Below, in pieces: positions 39,512 through 48,639 of a DNA stretch of 64,000 nucleotides (the first letter of the stretch is position 1; every line of letters begins with the position of its first letter). The notes under the pieces were generated by a model. The model did not search any database, was not told where the DNA came from, and saw only the letters and a list, made by a program, of their open reading frames with translations. Source of the stretch: an uncultured virus (IMG/VR IMGVR_UViG_3300008624_000002) (lineage: Duplodnaviria > Heunggongvirae > Uroviricota > Caudoviricetes); IMG/VR virus record IMGVR_UViG_3300008624_000002; one strand, 5' to 3'. Position numbers and translations under genes: made by a program.

Positions 39512-39952
39512 ATGTCATACAGTGGAAGGTTCAAACCAAAGAACTATAAAAAATATAAAGGAGACCCTACAAAAATCTATTATCGCTCTCTTTGGGAGAG
39601 AAGATTTATGGTTTATTGTGATAATAACGCAAATATACTAGAATGGGGAAGTGAAGAAATCATAATACCTTATCGTTCACCTATAGATAAGAAAGTTCAT
39701 AGATACTTTCCCGACTTTTATATTAAATACAAAGACAAAAACGCTAAAATTATTCGTGAAATCATAGAAGTTAAACCAAAAAAATATCTTTCACCCCCAA
39801 AAGAACCCAAAAGAAGAACTAAGAGATATATCACCGAAGTATCTAACTATATAACCAACCAAGCAAAATTCGAAGCCGCAGAAGCTTTCTGCAATGAAAG
39901 AAAACTAGGTTTTAGAATTTTAACAGAGGAACATTTAGTACCTAAAAAGTGA
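39512..39952 (+). CDS. gp4: Head completion nuclease gp4
   Basis: YSGRFKPKN.KKYKGD; YRSLWE; WGSEE..IPY; RYFPDF; EVKP. Confidence 0.92.
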   Translation: MSYSGRFKPKNYKKYKGDPTKIYYRSLWERRFMVYCDNNANILEWGSEEIIIPYRSPIDKKVHRYFPDFYIKYKDKNAKIIREIIEVKPKKYLSPPKEPKRRTKRYITEVSNYITNQAKFEAAEAFCNERKLGFRILTEEHLVPKK

Positions 39953-40554
39953 ACGAACTCCCCAAACTTTATATCTTCGATTTAGATGGTGTTTTAATTG
40001 ATTCTAAAAGAAACATGGAAGCATCTTGGAACAGATGTAAGATAGTACATAGTCTAGAACCAAGTTTTACAGACTATTTTGCACATGTTGGACTGCCATT
40101 CAACGATATTCTTACTTCAATCGGCATAGAAGAAGAACACAAAGAAATTTACGATACTTATGGTGGTGCATCTTTAGACAATCAAGATTTAATCACTATA
40201 TATCCAGGCGCAGTTAAAACATTGCGTAAATTAAAAAAAGAAGGTAACAAGATTGCAATTGTTACCTCTAAACATGCAGATAGAACTCAGGTAATGATAA
40301 AGAATTTACCAAAATTTGAGTTTGTATGTTCGCCCAAACAAGGTCTAAGAGGCAAACCTGCACCAGACCAACTACTCTTTTGTATGGCTATGTGCAATGC
40401 TGACCCACAAGATACAGTCTATGTAGGAGATATGAATGTTGATTATTGGGCTGCTCAAAGGGCGAATATAAAATTCATACACGCAAATTATGGTTATGGA
40501 AATGTGACATGCGAACACTCAATAAGCCAGATAAAGGAACTAATCTCACTGTAG
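39949..40554 (+). CDS. HAD-family phosphatase
   Basis: FDLDGVLIDS; VTSK; KPAPD; YVGD...D. Confidence 0.88.
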   Translation: MNELPKLYIFDLDGVLIDSKRNMEASWNRCKIVHSLEPSFTDYFAHVGLPFNDILTSIGIEEEHKEIYDTYGGASLDNQDLITIYPGAVKTLRKLKKEGNKIAIVTSKHADRTQVMIKNLPKFEFVCSPKQGLRGKPAPDQLLFCMAMCNADPQDTVYVGDMNVDYWAAQRANIKFIHANYGYGNVTCEHSISQIKELISL

Positions 40555-41261
40555 GTTTAATACCTGCACGATGGAGTTCGGTTCGATTCGAAGGTAAACC
40601 CCTAGCACTCATTAATGGTGTTCCCATGATACGAAGAGTTTATGACCGTGCATGTAGTTGTAAACATTTAGATACTGTTGTTATTCTTACAGACGACCAA
40701 AGAATCGCTAACTACTGTTCTAAAAACGAAATGAGATGTATAGTTATTGAAGATGATGTACGAAGTGGAACAGACCGATGTGCGAAAGCACTTGAGCTGC
40801 TAGATGGTAATATCTTCGTAAACATTCAAGGCGATGAACCACTTATCGATCCAGATGCAATTGATAGTCTTATATTGAGTCACAATAGAGATATAGGTGT
40901 ATCAAATGCATATGTCGATGTCAACAACAGTAATAAACTACAAGATAAGAATGTGGTTAAAGTTATCACCGACTTGAACAGTAATGCAATATACTATTCT
41001 AGACTTGCAATACCATATCATCAAAAAGAAGAAACACCATTTAAACAACAATTGGGTTTGTATGTTTTCAATCGACAAATGTTAGAGATGTTTCCTGAAT
41101 TGATTGTGGGTGAAAATGAGAAAGCAGAATCAGTAGAGATGTTAAGATACATTGAAAATGGTTATGCAGTTAGAATGGTTGAAGTTCAAGATGAAGGTCT
41201 TTCCGTAGATACAATCGAAGATTTAAAACGAGTGGAGAAATTTCTAAACAATGTTCACTGA
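40509..41261 (+). CDS. kdsB: KdsB-like (CMP-Kdo synthetase family) cytidylyltransferase
   Basis: IPARWSS.RF.GKPL; SGTDR; VNIQGDEP; VKV; YYSR..IP; E.LR..ENG; SVDT..D. Start taken at the ATG at 40509. Confidence 0.85.
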   Translation: MRTLNKPDKGTNLTVGLIPARWSSVRFEGKPLALINGVPMIRRVYDRACSCKHLDTVVILTDDQRIANYCSKNEMRCIVIEDDVRSGTDRCAKALELLDGNIFVNIQGDEPLIDPDAIDSLILSHNRDIGVSNAYVDVNNSNKLQDKNVVKVITDLNSNAIYYSRLAIPYHQKEETPFKQQLGLYVFNRQMLEMFPELIVGENEKAESVEMLRYIENGYAVRMVEVQDEGLSVDTIEDLKRVEKFLNNVH

Positions 41262-42102
41262 TGAGAAAAGTCCGTATGAAGAGTTTAAACACTTTCTTAT
41301 ATCCGAAGAACCCGAAACCCTAATTGAAGCAGAAGAATACTTTAATTGGATATGTGAAAACAAGTCTAAACCGTATCTTATTAATCTAGGTGATTGTGTC
41401 GAAAAGGGGTTAATCGGAGAAAACAATACTCGATATAATGACGGTAGATTGGTGGATTATGTCGTAACCTTACTCGAAGGTATAGATGGCCCAACCATCG
41501 ATAAAAATACATTTTCCGAAGAAACTATGAAGGAAAAGCAGAATAAAGTCTATCATTGTTGCAAAATTATGTATTTAATCGACCAATATCGAACAGTTGG
41601 CCTCGATTCCACCATTCAAGGCGTCATTGAAGGCAAACATATGTTCATTCATCCAGGAATGTCAAGAATATACGCATTATGGTACTTAAAAACATTAAAA
41701 GATGATGTTGTTATGTGGGATACCAACGAAACATTCTCTGATAGAACACCATTAACATTTGAAGAGTGGAAAAACATCTTCATGAAAGTAAAAGACAAGA
41801 CATTCTTTATTGCGAGTGTTAATGGTAAGATATTAGAGATGCATATGCAAGAAGATAGACCGACTATTGTTAATTCAACAGAAGATATCAAATCTATGTT
41901 TGATAATAAACTACCCGTTTTAATTGGAGTCGGAGCAGATGATATAATGCCCTATGTTAGAACAGAAGGTTCAACAGGTGTGGCAATTGAGACTAAAAAT
42001 GGCTATACCCTAAAACTCGCCGACCTTTCCACAATTCTTGAACTTTATCCCAATTCGGTAGAAACTATAGAAAAAGAAAACTACAAAATCTATACTTTCT
42101 GA
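41251..42102 (+). CDS. Hypothetical protein with a ParB/Srx-like motif
   Basis: YH..K..YL......GL...IQG.......IHPG..R, matching the N-terminal domain of 2471-4000. Confidence 0.5.
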   Translation: MFTDEKSPYEEFKHFLISEEPETLIEAEEYFNWICENKSKPYLINLGDCVEKGLIGENNTRYNDGRLVDYVVTLLEGIDGPTIDKNTFSEETMKEKQNKVYHCCKIMYLIDQYRTVGLDSTIQGVIEGKHMFIHPGMSRIYALWYLKTLKDDVVMWDTNETFSDRTPLTFEEWKNIFMKVKDKTFFIASVNGKILEMHMQEDRPTIVNSTEDIKSMFDNKLPVLIGVGADDIMPYVRTEGSTGVAIETKNGYTLKLADLSTILELYPNSVETIEKENYKIYTF

Positions 42103-42116
42103 CATAAATAATAGGC

Positions 42117-42716
42117 ATGGAAAGTCTAATAAAGAGATTAGAACAAGAAACACCCGCTGAGTTAGAAGCAAGGTCATTAGAAAGTTTAAGATGGTTTCAA
42201 CAAAGAGTTAGGACTATAAAAACAACTTCTGAAGCTTTTTACAGACAATCTAGTCTTAATAAGGCAAGAAGATATCTCGAAGGTAGAATGTATACATTCT
42301 TTTACGATGCAAAGACTAAAGAAAAGTTACCTTATTGGGATAGATTTCCTGTAGTATTAATACTAGATATGTATCAAGGCGGTTTTAGTGGTTTAAATCT
42401 TCATTATATTCCACCTAGATATCGTGTTAGATTACTCTATGAACTATACAAGTATATAAGATTAGACGATGATACTAGAGACGAGAATATGAAACCTCAT
42501 ATAAGAGTTAGATATGAAATGTTAAGAGGTATGAGTAAAATGAGGTTTTTTAAACCATGTTATAAGAGGTACTTAACACAACACATCGATGGTCGTGCAT
42601 TAGAAATTACATCTGATTATTGGGATGTAATGGCAATGTTGCCGCTCGCCGATTGGCAAAAGAAACAAGTAAGAGAGGTTTATACAGAAAGTATAAGAAA
42701 AATAAATGGTAACTAA
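42117..42716 (+). CDS. gp2: DNA end protector gp2
   Basis: GRMYTFFYDAK.K.KLPYWDRFP; GLNLHY.PP; KPC.KRYL; CATAAATA at 42103-42110 upstream. Confidence 0.9.
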   Translation: MESLIKRLEQETPAELEARSLESLRWFQQRVRTIKTTSEAFYRQSSLNKARRYLEGRMYTFFYDAKTKEKLPYWDRFPVVLILDMYQGGFSGLNLHYIPPRYRVRLLYELYKYIRLDDDTRDENMKPHIRVRYEMLRGMSKMRFFKPCYKRYLTQHIDGRALEITSDYWDVMAMLPLADWQKKQVREVYTESIRKINGN

Positions 42717-43749
42717 ATATAGAGCAGAAATAGAGGCCACGGCGGCGAAAATAGAAGAACTAAACAAACAACTTGGTTCAAGTAGTTATAGAAGAAGAAA
42801 ACAACGACAAGCTCGTAGACAAGCAAGACAAGAAGGTAGAAGGAATAGAAGAGCTGCAAGAACAGCTGCTGCTGAGGCTGCTAAAAGTGGATCCCATATG
42901 GGTAAAAATAAGACCGCTAGATTAAATATAGATAAATTAAGATATCAATTCGACCAAGGGGCGAGACCAAATAGATACACCGTAGACTTCTATTGTCCTA
43001 AGTTAGGGTTAAACTTAGAAGGTGTTAGATGTATAACTGCATCATTACCTGGTCGTCAATTAGAAACAGCAGACTGGTCTGAATATGGACCAACAAGAAA
43101 AATGCCATATATGTTAGGAATGGATGGACAAGAAGTATCATTTACATTCGTGTGCGATTCATCATTTGCAGATAGATTCATAATTGAAGCATGGCAAAGT
43201 GCAATATTTATGGGTCAATCAGGCGTAGCATCAGAACAAAAGAAACTTGGAGGCCTTATAGCAGAGAACGAGAAATTACAAGAGGCAGTCAGAAATGATC
43301 CTGACTTAAGAAGTAAAATGCCAGAACTTGCTGAACAGCACAAAAACCTATCATCAAAAATGGGCGATACTGGAGTAGGCAATTCAATTAATCCACAGTT
43401 CGAATACTACGATAACTATGTGGGTGAAATAGTTGTAAAACAAATTACAAGGTCTGATAAGAAGTCACTACAGTATAGAATACATGAGGCATATCCAATT
43501 TCATTTGCCCCTATGGAATTAAGTGCCGAAAATAGTGACCAATTGATGCGATTTGAGACTACATTCGCTTTTAGGACTTGGGAATCTGAATACTCAAATC
43601 CAAATCCTGTAAGTGGTATAAATAAAGGAAGAAGATGGTTAGATGTATGGGCTAGTGTCACCAACCTCCGAAAAGGTGGCAACAGTGCAAATAACAGTCT
43701 TCAAAGATTTAATGACCGTTTAGCAACACTAGGCGGTCTTTTTGGATAG
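42706..43749 (+). CDS. Tail tube initiator/tube-like protein (gp54/gp19 family)
   Basis: GARPNRY.V; C..ASLPG; EAYP; F.FR.W. Confidence 0.75.
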   Translation: MVTKYRAEIEATAAKIEELNKQLGSSSYRRRKQRQARRQARQEGRRNRRAARTAAAEAAKSGSHMGKNKTARLNIDKLRYQFDQGARPNRYTVDFYCPKLGLNLEGVRCITASLPGRQLETADWSEYGPTRKMPYMLGMDGQEVSFTFVCDSSFADRFIIEAWQSAIFMGQSGVASEQKKLGGLIAENEKLQEAVRNDPDLRSKMPELAEQHKNLSSKMGDTGVGNSINPQFEYYDNYVGEIVVKQITRSDKKSLQYRIHEAYPISFAPMELSAENSDQLMRFETTFAFRTWESEYSNPNPVSGINKGRRWLDVWASVTNLRKGGNSANNSLQRFNDRLATLGGLFG

Positions 43750-43771
43750 ATAAATTAGGAGAAACTATATT

Positions 43772-44476
43772 ATGAGTTTACCAATACAAAAGGCTCCAAC
43801 ATATAAATGTGAGCTACCTGTATCAGGAATTGAAGTGAGTTATAGACCCTTTCTTGTAAAAGAACAGAATCATCTGTTAGTTGCAAGAGAAAGTGAAAAT
43901 GCGACTGCGATTTTTGATGCAATTATGGCAATGATTAAATCAGTCACAGAAGGAAAGGTAGATGGTTCAAAACTACCTCTAGTTGATTTAGAATACTTAT
44001 TTTTACAAATTAGAACTAAATCAGTTGGAGAAACTGCCAAAATTCCTTTAATGTGTAAGAAAGATGGTTGTGATGGACTAGGTTTTCAGGAGTTAGACTT
44101 AACAACAGTTGAAGTTGATACCTCAAACATACTAGACAATAAGATTGAACTTAATGAACATCTTATGGTTGAATTGTCACCACCAGGTTCTCAACTAATA
44201 TACGAAGTAGAAGGACTAGATGAAGTCGAAATGATTAAACCAATTCTTCGAACTTGTATGGTTAGAATATATGATGAAGAAAACATCTACGAAATGGCAG
44301 AACATAGAGATTCAGAAATAGATGAATTTATAGAGAATCTTACTGTTAATCAATTCGAAAAGATTACTAAGTATTTTGATTCAATGCCTACTTTGAAAAG
44401 AGAGATGGAATACAAATGCGATAAATGTGGAGAAGTATCTAATAATGTAATTCAAGGTTTACAAAATTTTTTTTAG
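43772..44476 (+). CDS. gp26: Baseplate hub assembly chaperone gp26
   Basis: LP....P.Y; YRPFLVKE; DLEYLFLQIR.KSVGE; C..C; GL.NFF end. Confidence 0.9.
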   Translation: MSLPIQKAPTYKCELPVSGIEVSYRPFLVKEQNHLLVARESENATAIFDAIMAMIKSVTEGKVDGSKLPLVDLEYLFLQIRTKSVGETAKIPLMCKKDGCDGLGFQELDLTTVEVDTSNILDNKIELNEHLMVELSPPGSQLIYEVEGLDEVEMIKPILRTCMVRIYDEENIYEMAEHRDSEIDEFIENLTVNQFEKITKYFDSMPTLKREMEYKCDKCGEVSNNVIQGLQNFF

Positions 44477-44526
44477 TAACCCTTTCGCATGATAGTTTGT
44501 TTAACTATTACCAAACAAACTTTCAA

Positions 44527-44667
44527 ATGATGCAACACCACAAGTATTCACTTACAGAATTGGAGAACATGATTCCATGGGAAAGGGATATATACATTAA
44601 CTTACTGATGCAATATCTTGAAGAAGAGAAAGAACGGCAGAAAGCAGCTGCCAACAGGAGAAGATAA
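44527..44667 (+). CDS. gp51: Baseplate hub assembly protein gp51 (possibly made as a gp26 frameshift fusion)
   Basis: Not in the ORF track: MMQHHKYSLTELENMIPWERDIYINLL; the frame is open back to the gp26 poly-T run. Confidence 0.85.
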   Translation: MMQHHKYSLTELENMIPWERDIYINLLMQYLEEEKERQKAAANRRR

Positions 44668-45068
44668 TGGCTAGAGATAGAGATAGAGATTACGATGATA
44701 GAGATGAAAGAAATGAAGTCGAAATTGACTTGGAAAAATATATGGCTCTCTTGGACAAGCTCGATGACCAAGAAGATGTAATCAAACAGTTAAAAGATGA
44801 TGCAAGAAAATTAAAAGAAGGTGTTGAACCACCTAAAAGAAAATTCATCGACTTATTCTTAGACTCAAACGATTTAAACGAAAAGGCAATCATAGGTTTT
44901 ATATCATTCTTCCTAATGATGTGTTTTGGTGTCACCGACTTACTTACAGCAGTAGTTTGGGACATAGACCTAAAAGTTTCCGAAACAATCTACACTTCAT
45001 TTGTTGTAGTGACACTTGGTGCATTTGGAATATCAGAGGCTGGTAAAGCGTTCGGAGGAGATAAATAG
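44667..45068 (+). CDS. Small membrane protein (coiled coil plus two TM helices)
   Basis: Two hydrophobic segments near the C-terminus. Confidence 0.6.
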   Translation: MARDRDRDYDDRDERNEVEIDLEKYMALLDKLDDQEDVIKQLKDDARKLKEGVEPPKRKFIDLFLDSNDLNEKAIIGFISFFLMMCFGVTDLLTAVVWDIDLKVSETIYTSFVVVTLGAFGISEAGKAFGGDK

Positions 45069-45072
45069 TTAA

Positions 45073-47139
45073 ATGGCAACTAATAATACAATAGAACTTA
45101 CAAGGTTACCAAATCCTACTAAGCACGAAAAAGCCCAATTCGATACTCTCACAAGTTCATTAGGTCACCACAAAGAGATTGATAAGTATTCTCAAAATGT
45201 TGATATAAACACTTTTAGAACTTACTCTGAAAGCAAAGAAGGTATGGAAAAACTTCATAAAGTTTTCAAAGACAATAATGTTTTCTCTGCAATTAGTGTT
45301 GAACAAGGTAAAAAATTAGAAAAGAATTTAGACCCTGAGAACGAGGACCAGAAAAGTTTTTGGGGCGGATTAAAGGAAGGCTTAGGATTTGCGTTTGAAG
45401 AAGTAGCGAAACCATTTAAGAAACTTAGAAATAACCTTGAAGAAACTGGAGATACAGTCTCCTGGTTTGCTAAAACTCCTATGGAAACTGCAATTGGAGG
45501 AAGCGAACAATTTGGTAGAGGTGTTAAAGAACTGGCAAATGGTATAGGTGCTATTGGCCCAGCTATGAACCTGTTTAAATTAGCTGTTCATAAAACAGTC
45601 GCTGGCGTGAATGTGCTCACAGGTGCTTTAAGAATGCTTGTCATTGCACCTCTTAAAACTTTATCAAAACTTATAGCTATACCCCTTTTAAAAGGTTTGG
45701 TTTTTCTCATTAAAAAAATTCCTATAGTAGGAGAGGCATTGGATGTAGCCATGGCTTGGGTTAAAGAAACATGGCAAAAAACAAAAGAGGCCTTCTCAAA
45801 TATGTGGGGTTCAGTTAAAGGATTCTTTGGGTTTGGATCCAGTGAAACCGAAAGTGACGATGATGAAAAAGATGCTGTGGGTGGAGGAACCGGTCCTCTT
45901 GGAACTAAAGATGATCCTTTATTTGTTGTTAGCGTGAAGGAAGCAATAGAAAAACAATCCAAATCTATTCTTGGTCCTGATGGCAAAGCTTTATTATCAG
46001 ATAAAAAAGAAGCAGACGAAGAAAGAAAACAAAGCGAAGTAGAATATCATAAAACAAGATTAAAGAATGCCGTAATAGAACATAAATTAAAACTGAAAAA
46101 CCTGAAAAAACAAGCGATTGCTTCTCTGGCGGCATTGCTACCATGGCTTCTCGTTGGTGCTGGTTTAATGACGCTCTGGATGAAGTGGGATGATTGGGAT
46201 CCATGGGCTGGGCTTACCACTGCAGCTCAGAAAACGATTAGTAAGATAACAGGCATATTCACTGGTTTGGGAAAAACTCTTGCGGAAAAAATGCCAAGAC
46301 TATTTGGATGGTTGGCGCCAGAAGTTGCTGATGATGCGGCTAAAGCTGGAAGTGGTCTTGCTGACGATGCGGCTAAAGCTGGAAGTAAAACAACTAGTCT
46401 TGCTGACGATGCGGCTAAAGTTGCAACTTCAGCTGGTGACGATGTAGCTAGAGCTACAGGTACCAATCTTTTAAAGGCCGCCAAAGTCACTGCAACCAAA
46501 GCTTTGGGTCCAGCTGGAGCAGGAGCAGAAATCTATATGGATTGGACAGACCAAAATGAAAAATTTGAAAGAATCAAAATGGCATACGAATCAGGAGAAG
46601 AACTACCAATGCCCGATGGATCAGGTAATGTCACTATGAGAACAATAACTGATGAAGAATGGGAATTGATTCAAAGAGCTCATACTGCTAATAGAGCAGG
46701 TTCAGTTGGTAAAGGTACTGGTTCATTAGCAGCTGCTGCCACAGCTGCAACTGTATTATCACCATTGCTTGCTACAGGTCCACTTGGTTGGGCAGTTTAT
46801 GGGCTTGGTGTTATCGGTTCTGCTGTAGCAGGCGGTATGGCAGGAGATTCAGTTGCTACAAATCTAGTTGAAGGTTCAGAAATTGATGATGCTCAAGGAA
46901 TGATTGACAATTTATACAAAAACCTTCCACCAGTTGAACAAGGTGCTGACATGTCAAACTTGCAGACAGATGTTGATGATGCATCGGCATCTGCCCAAAC
47001 ACCAGGTGGTTCGAGCTCCAACACAGCTATGAATATTGATTCATCATCACATACAGATGTCCGCTATGAAAAGACTCCGGATATGATTGATAGAGGCCTT
47101 GAGTTTGCAACAGCAACTCCTTCTGGTAAACTTGGTTAA
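45073..47139 (+). CDS. Probable tape measure protein (gp29-like)
   Basis: 688 aa, helical and Ala/Gly-rich, with hydrophobic stretches and ADDAAK repeats; follows gp26/gp51. Confidence 0.6.
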   Translation: MATNNTIELTRLPNPTKHEKAQFDTLTSSLGHHKEIDKYSQNVDINTFRTYSESKEGMEKLHKVFKDNNVFSAISVEQGKKLEKNLDPENEDQKSFWGGLKEGLGFAFEEVAKPFKKLRNNLEETGDTVSWFAKTPMETAIGGSEQFGRGVKELANGIGAIGPAMNLFKLAVHKTVAGVNVLTGALRMLVIAPLKTLSKLIAIPLLKGLVFLIKKIPIVGEALDVAMAWVKETWQKTKEAFSNMWGSVKGFFGFGSSETESDDDEKDAVGGGTGPLGTKDDPLFVVSVKEAIEKQSKSILGPDGKALLSDKKEADEERKQSEVEYHKTRLKNAVIEHKLKLKNLKKQAIASLAALLPWLLVGAGLMTLWMKWDDWDPWAGLTTAAQKTISKITGIFTGLGKTLAEKMPRLFGWLAPEVADDAAKAGSGLADDAAKAGSKTTSLADDAAKVATSAGDDVARATGTNLLKAAKVTATKALGPAGAGAEIYMDWTDQNEKFERIKMAYESGEELPMPDGSGNVTMRTITDEEWELIQRAHTANRAGSVGKGTGSLAAAATAATVLSPLLATGPLGWAVYGLGVIGSAVAGGMAGDSVATNLVEGSEIDDAQGMIDNLYKNLPPVEQGADMSNLQTDVDDASASAQTPGGSSSNTAMNIDSSSHTDVRYEKTPDMIDRGLEFATATPSGKLG

Positions 47140-47261
47140 CTCTTATACTTTCTCTTTCGAGGAATAACTTTCGTTTTATCTTTATGCACCTGAGTAGATG
47201 CATGTGAAGGTGTTTCTTTACGAGACTTTAGTTCACGCTTTGTAGTTCTTATTAATTTCAT
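47136..47261 (-). CDS. Small basic protein (41 aa)
   Basis: [44 protein letters not shown] overlaps the bS21 stop. Confidence 0.55.
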   Translation of the reverse strand: MKLIRTTKRELKSRKETPSHASTQVHKDKTKVIPRKRKYKS

Positions 47262-47506
47262 TAATACATCCAGCGTTGTCTAGGACGACTTTCTTTTTCT
47301 CGTTTGATGGCATCAAGCTTCTTCTTTCTTTTGAGTGCTTGATTCTTTTGATTCTTTACGACATTTGGTTTAGTGTAGTATTGTCTATCTCTACATTCTT
47401 GAACTATACCTTTTCTCTCACAGGCCTTTTTAAACCTACGAAGAAGCTGGTCGAAGTTTTCGACCCTTTTCGATTTTGGATGTCTTCTTGGCGAAACACT
47501 TGTCAT
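47261..47506 (-). CDS. rpsU: Ribosomal protein bS21
   Basis: E.FD.LLRRFKK.CE..GI..E.R.RQYY.KP. Confidence 0.9.
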   Translation of the reverse strand: MTSVSPRRHPKSKRVENFDQLLRRFKKACERKGIVQECRDRQYYTKPNVVKNQKNQALKRKKKLDAIKREKESRPRQRWMY

Positions 47507-47526
47507 AATTCATTTTCTTAAATGGT

Positions 47527-47675
47527 GTGAAGTCGCCCCAACGCTTACAGCAACCCGCTCTTCACCGATTATCCCGCTTGATTTTGCCGATAATCTTTCC
47601 CCTACTTCGATACCCCCATATCCACGGCCGAAGTCTGTAGTTGCAATCAAAGGACACATTATAAACACAACTACA
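47527..47675 (-). ncRNA. Candidate structured RNA (four consecutive hairpins) between gp32 and bS21
   Basis: Stems 47668-75/47636-43, 47629-34/47604-09, 47589-95/47567-73, 47560-65/47527-32; GC-rich relative to the genome. Confidence 0.5.
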
Positions 47676-47686
47676 CCCTATAGAAA

Positions 47687-48592
47687 TTAGCTTTCTGTAG
47701 CTAACTTCTTAAAGTAATCCATCGCATTATCTTCATCTGAATCACCTACCGATGTAGATTCCGCTGATGAGATTACAGGTTCTTCTGCTACTGTTTCAGT
47801 ATTCACGCCAGACCATGGCACTTCTTCCATGTCTTCAGCAACTGATTCAGCAGTAGAGTTTGCAACGCCACCTGATAGTCCAAGAACTCTATCGAGTTTT
47901 GTTTTCAAGTCTTCATATGACTTGAACTGGTCAGGTGAAATTATATCCGTTAATGAATGAGTTGAATTATTTATATCATTCAACTGATTTTCATCATCAA
48001 AAAGTGGTGCTTGGGCATCGAATTCTGACTTGTCATAGTTCCAATAACCATCTACTTTTCTGATTTTGATTTTGAAGTTCGCACCTTCTTCTCTTAAGTC
48101 GAAAGGATTGATAGCACTCTCATCTTCAAATGCAGGAGAGATTGCCTCTTTTAGCATTTCAAAGATTTTTTTACCATAACGGTACATGAACACTTTACCT
48201 TCATTATCAGGATTTTTAGGGTCAGAAACAACATAGATGTTTGACACATAATGAAGTCTACGCTTCTGTTTACGAGCCAATTCTCTGTTTGCTTCTATTC
48301 CAGTGTTCCACAACGAGGTGTTGTAGTCACTTACAGGGTCTTTCTTACCAATGGTAGTCAAAGACTTTTCAATATACCATCCACCTGGACCTTGAAATCC
48401 ATGGTCGAAGTAAGATACCCATGGCATCTCTTCGTCATTTGGTGTTGGTAAGAAACGAACTACTGCGTATCCGTTACCACTCTTATCGAGTTCTGGTTTC
48501 CAGTAGTTATCATCGTTGTAGGATTTTTTATCACCTTGAGCTGGTGATGCAGACTCCATGGCCTGTCTAAGCTTATCTAAAGATGTTGACAT
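47687..48592 (-). CDS. gp32: Single-stranded DNA-binding protein gp32
   Basis: WKPELDKSGNGYAVVRFLP; HGFQGPGGWYIE; GKKIF; NYDKSEF; acidic tail ending YFKKLA. Confidence 0.95.
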   Translation of the reverse strand: MSTSLDKLRQAMESASPAQGDKKSYNDDNYWKPELDKSGNGYAVVRFLPTPNDEEMPWVSYFDHGFQGPGGWYIEKSLTTIGKKDPVSDYNTSLWNTGIEANRELARKQKRRLHYVSNIYVVSDPKNPDNEGKVFMYRYGKKIFEMLKEAISPAFEDESAINPFDLREEGANFKIKIRKVDGYWNYDKSEFDAQAPLFDDENQLNDINNSTHSLTDIISPDQFKSYEDLKTKLDRVLGLSGGVANSTAESVAEDMEEVPWSGVNTETVAEEPVISSAESTSVGDSDEDNAMDYFKKLATES

Positions 48593-48639
48593 TGTATTCT
48601 CCTTGTATTAACAATTGTATTGCATCGTATCGCATCTTA

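Noticed and set aside
47520..47680. tRNA or tmRNA (the minus strand ends ...CACACCA)
   Set aside because: No T-loop (TTCRA), D-arm or cloverleaf spacing, and no tag reading frame; kept only as a generic structured-RNA candidate.
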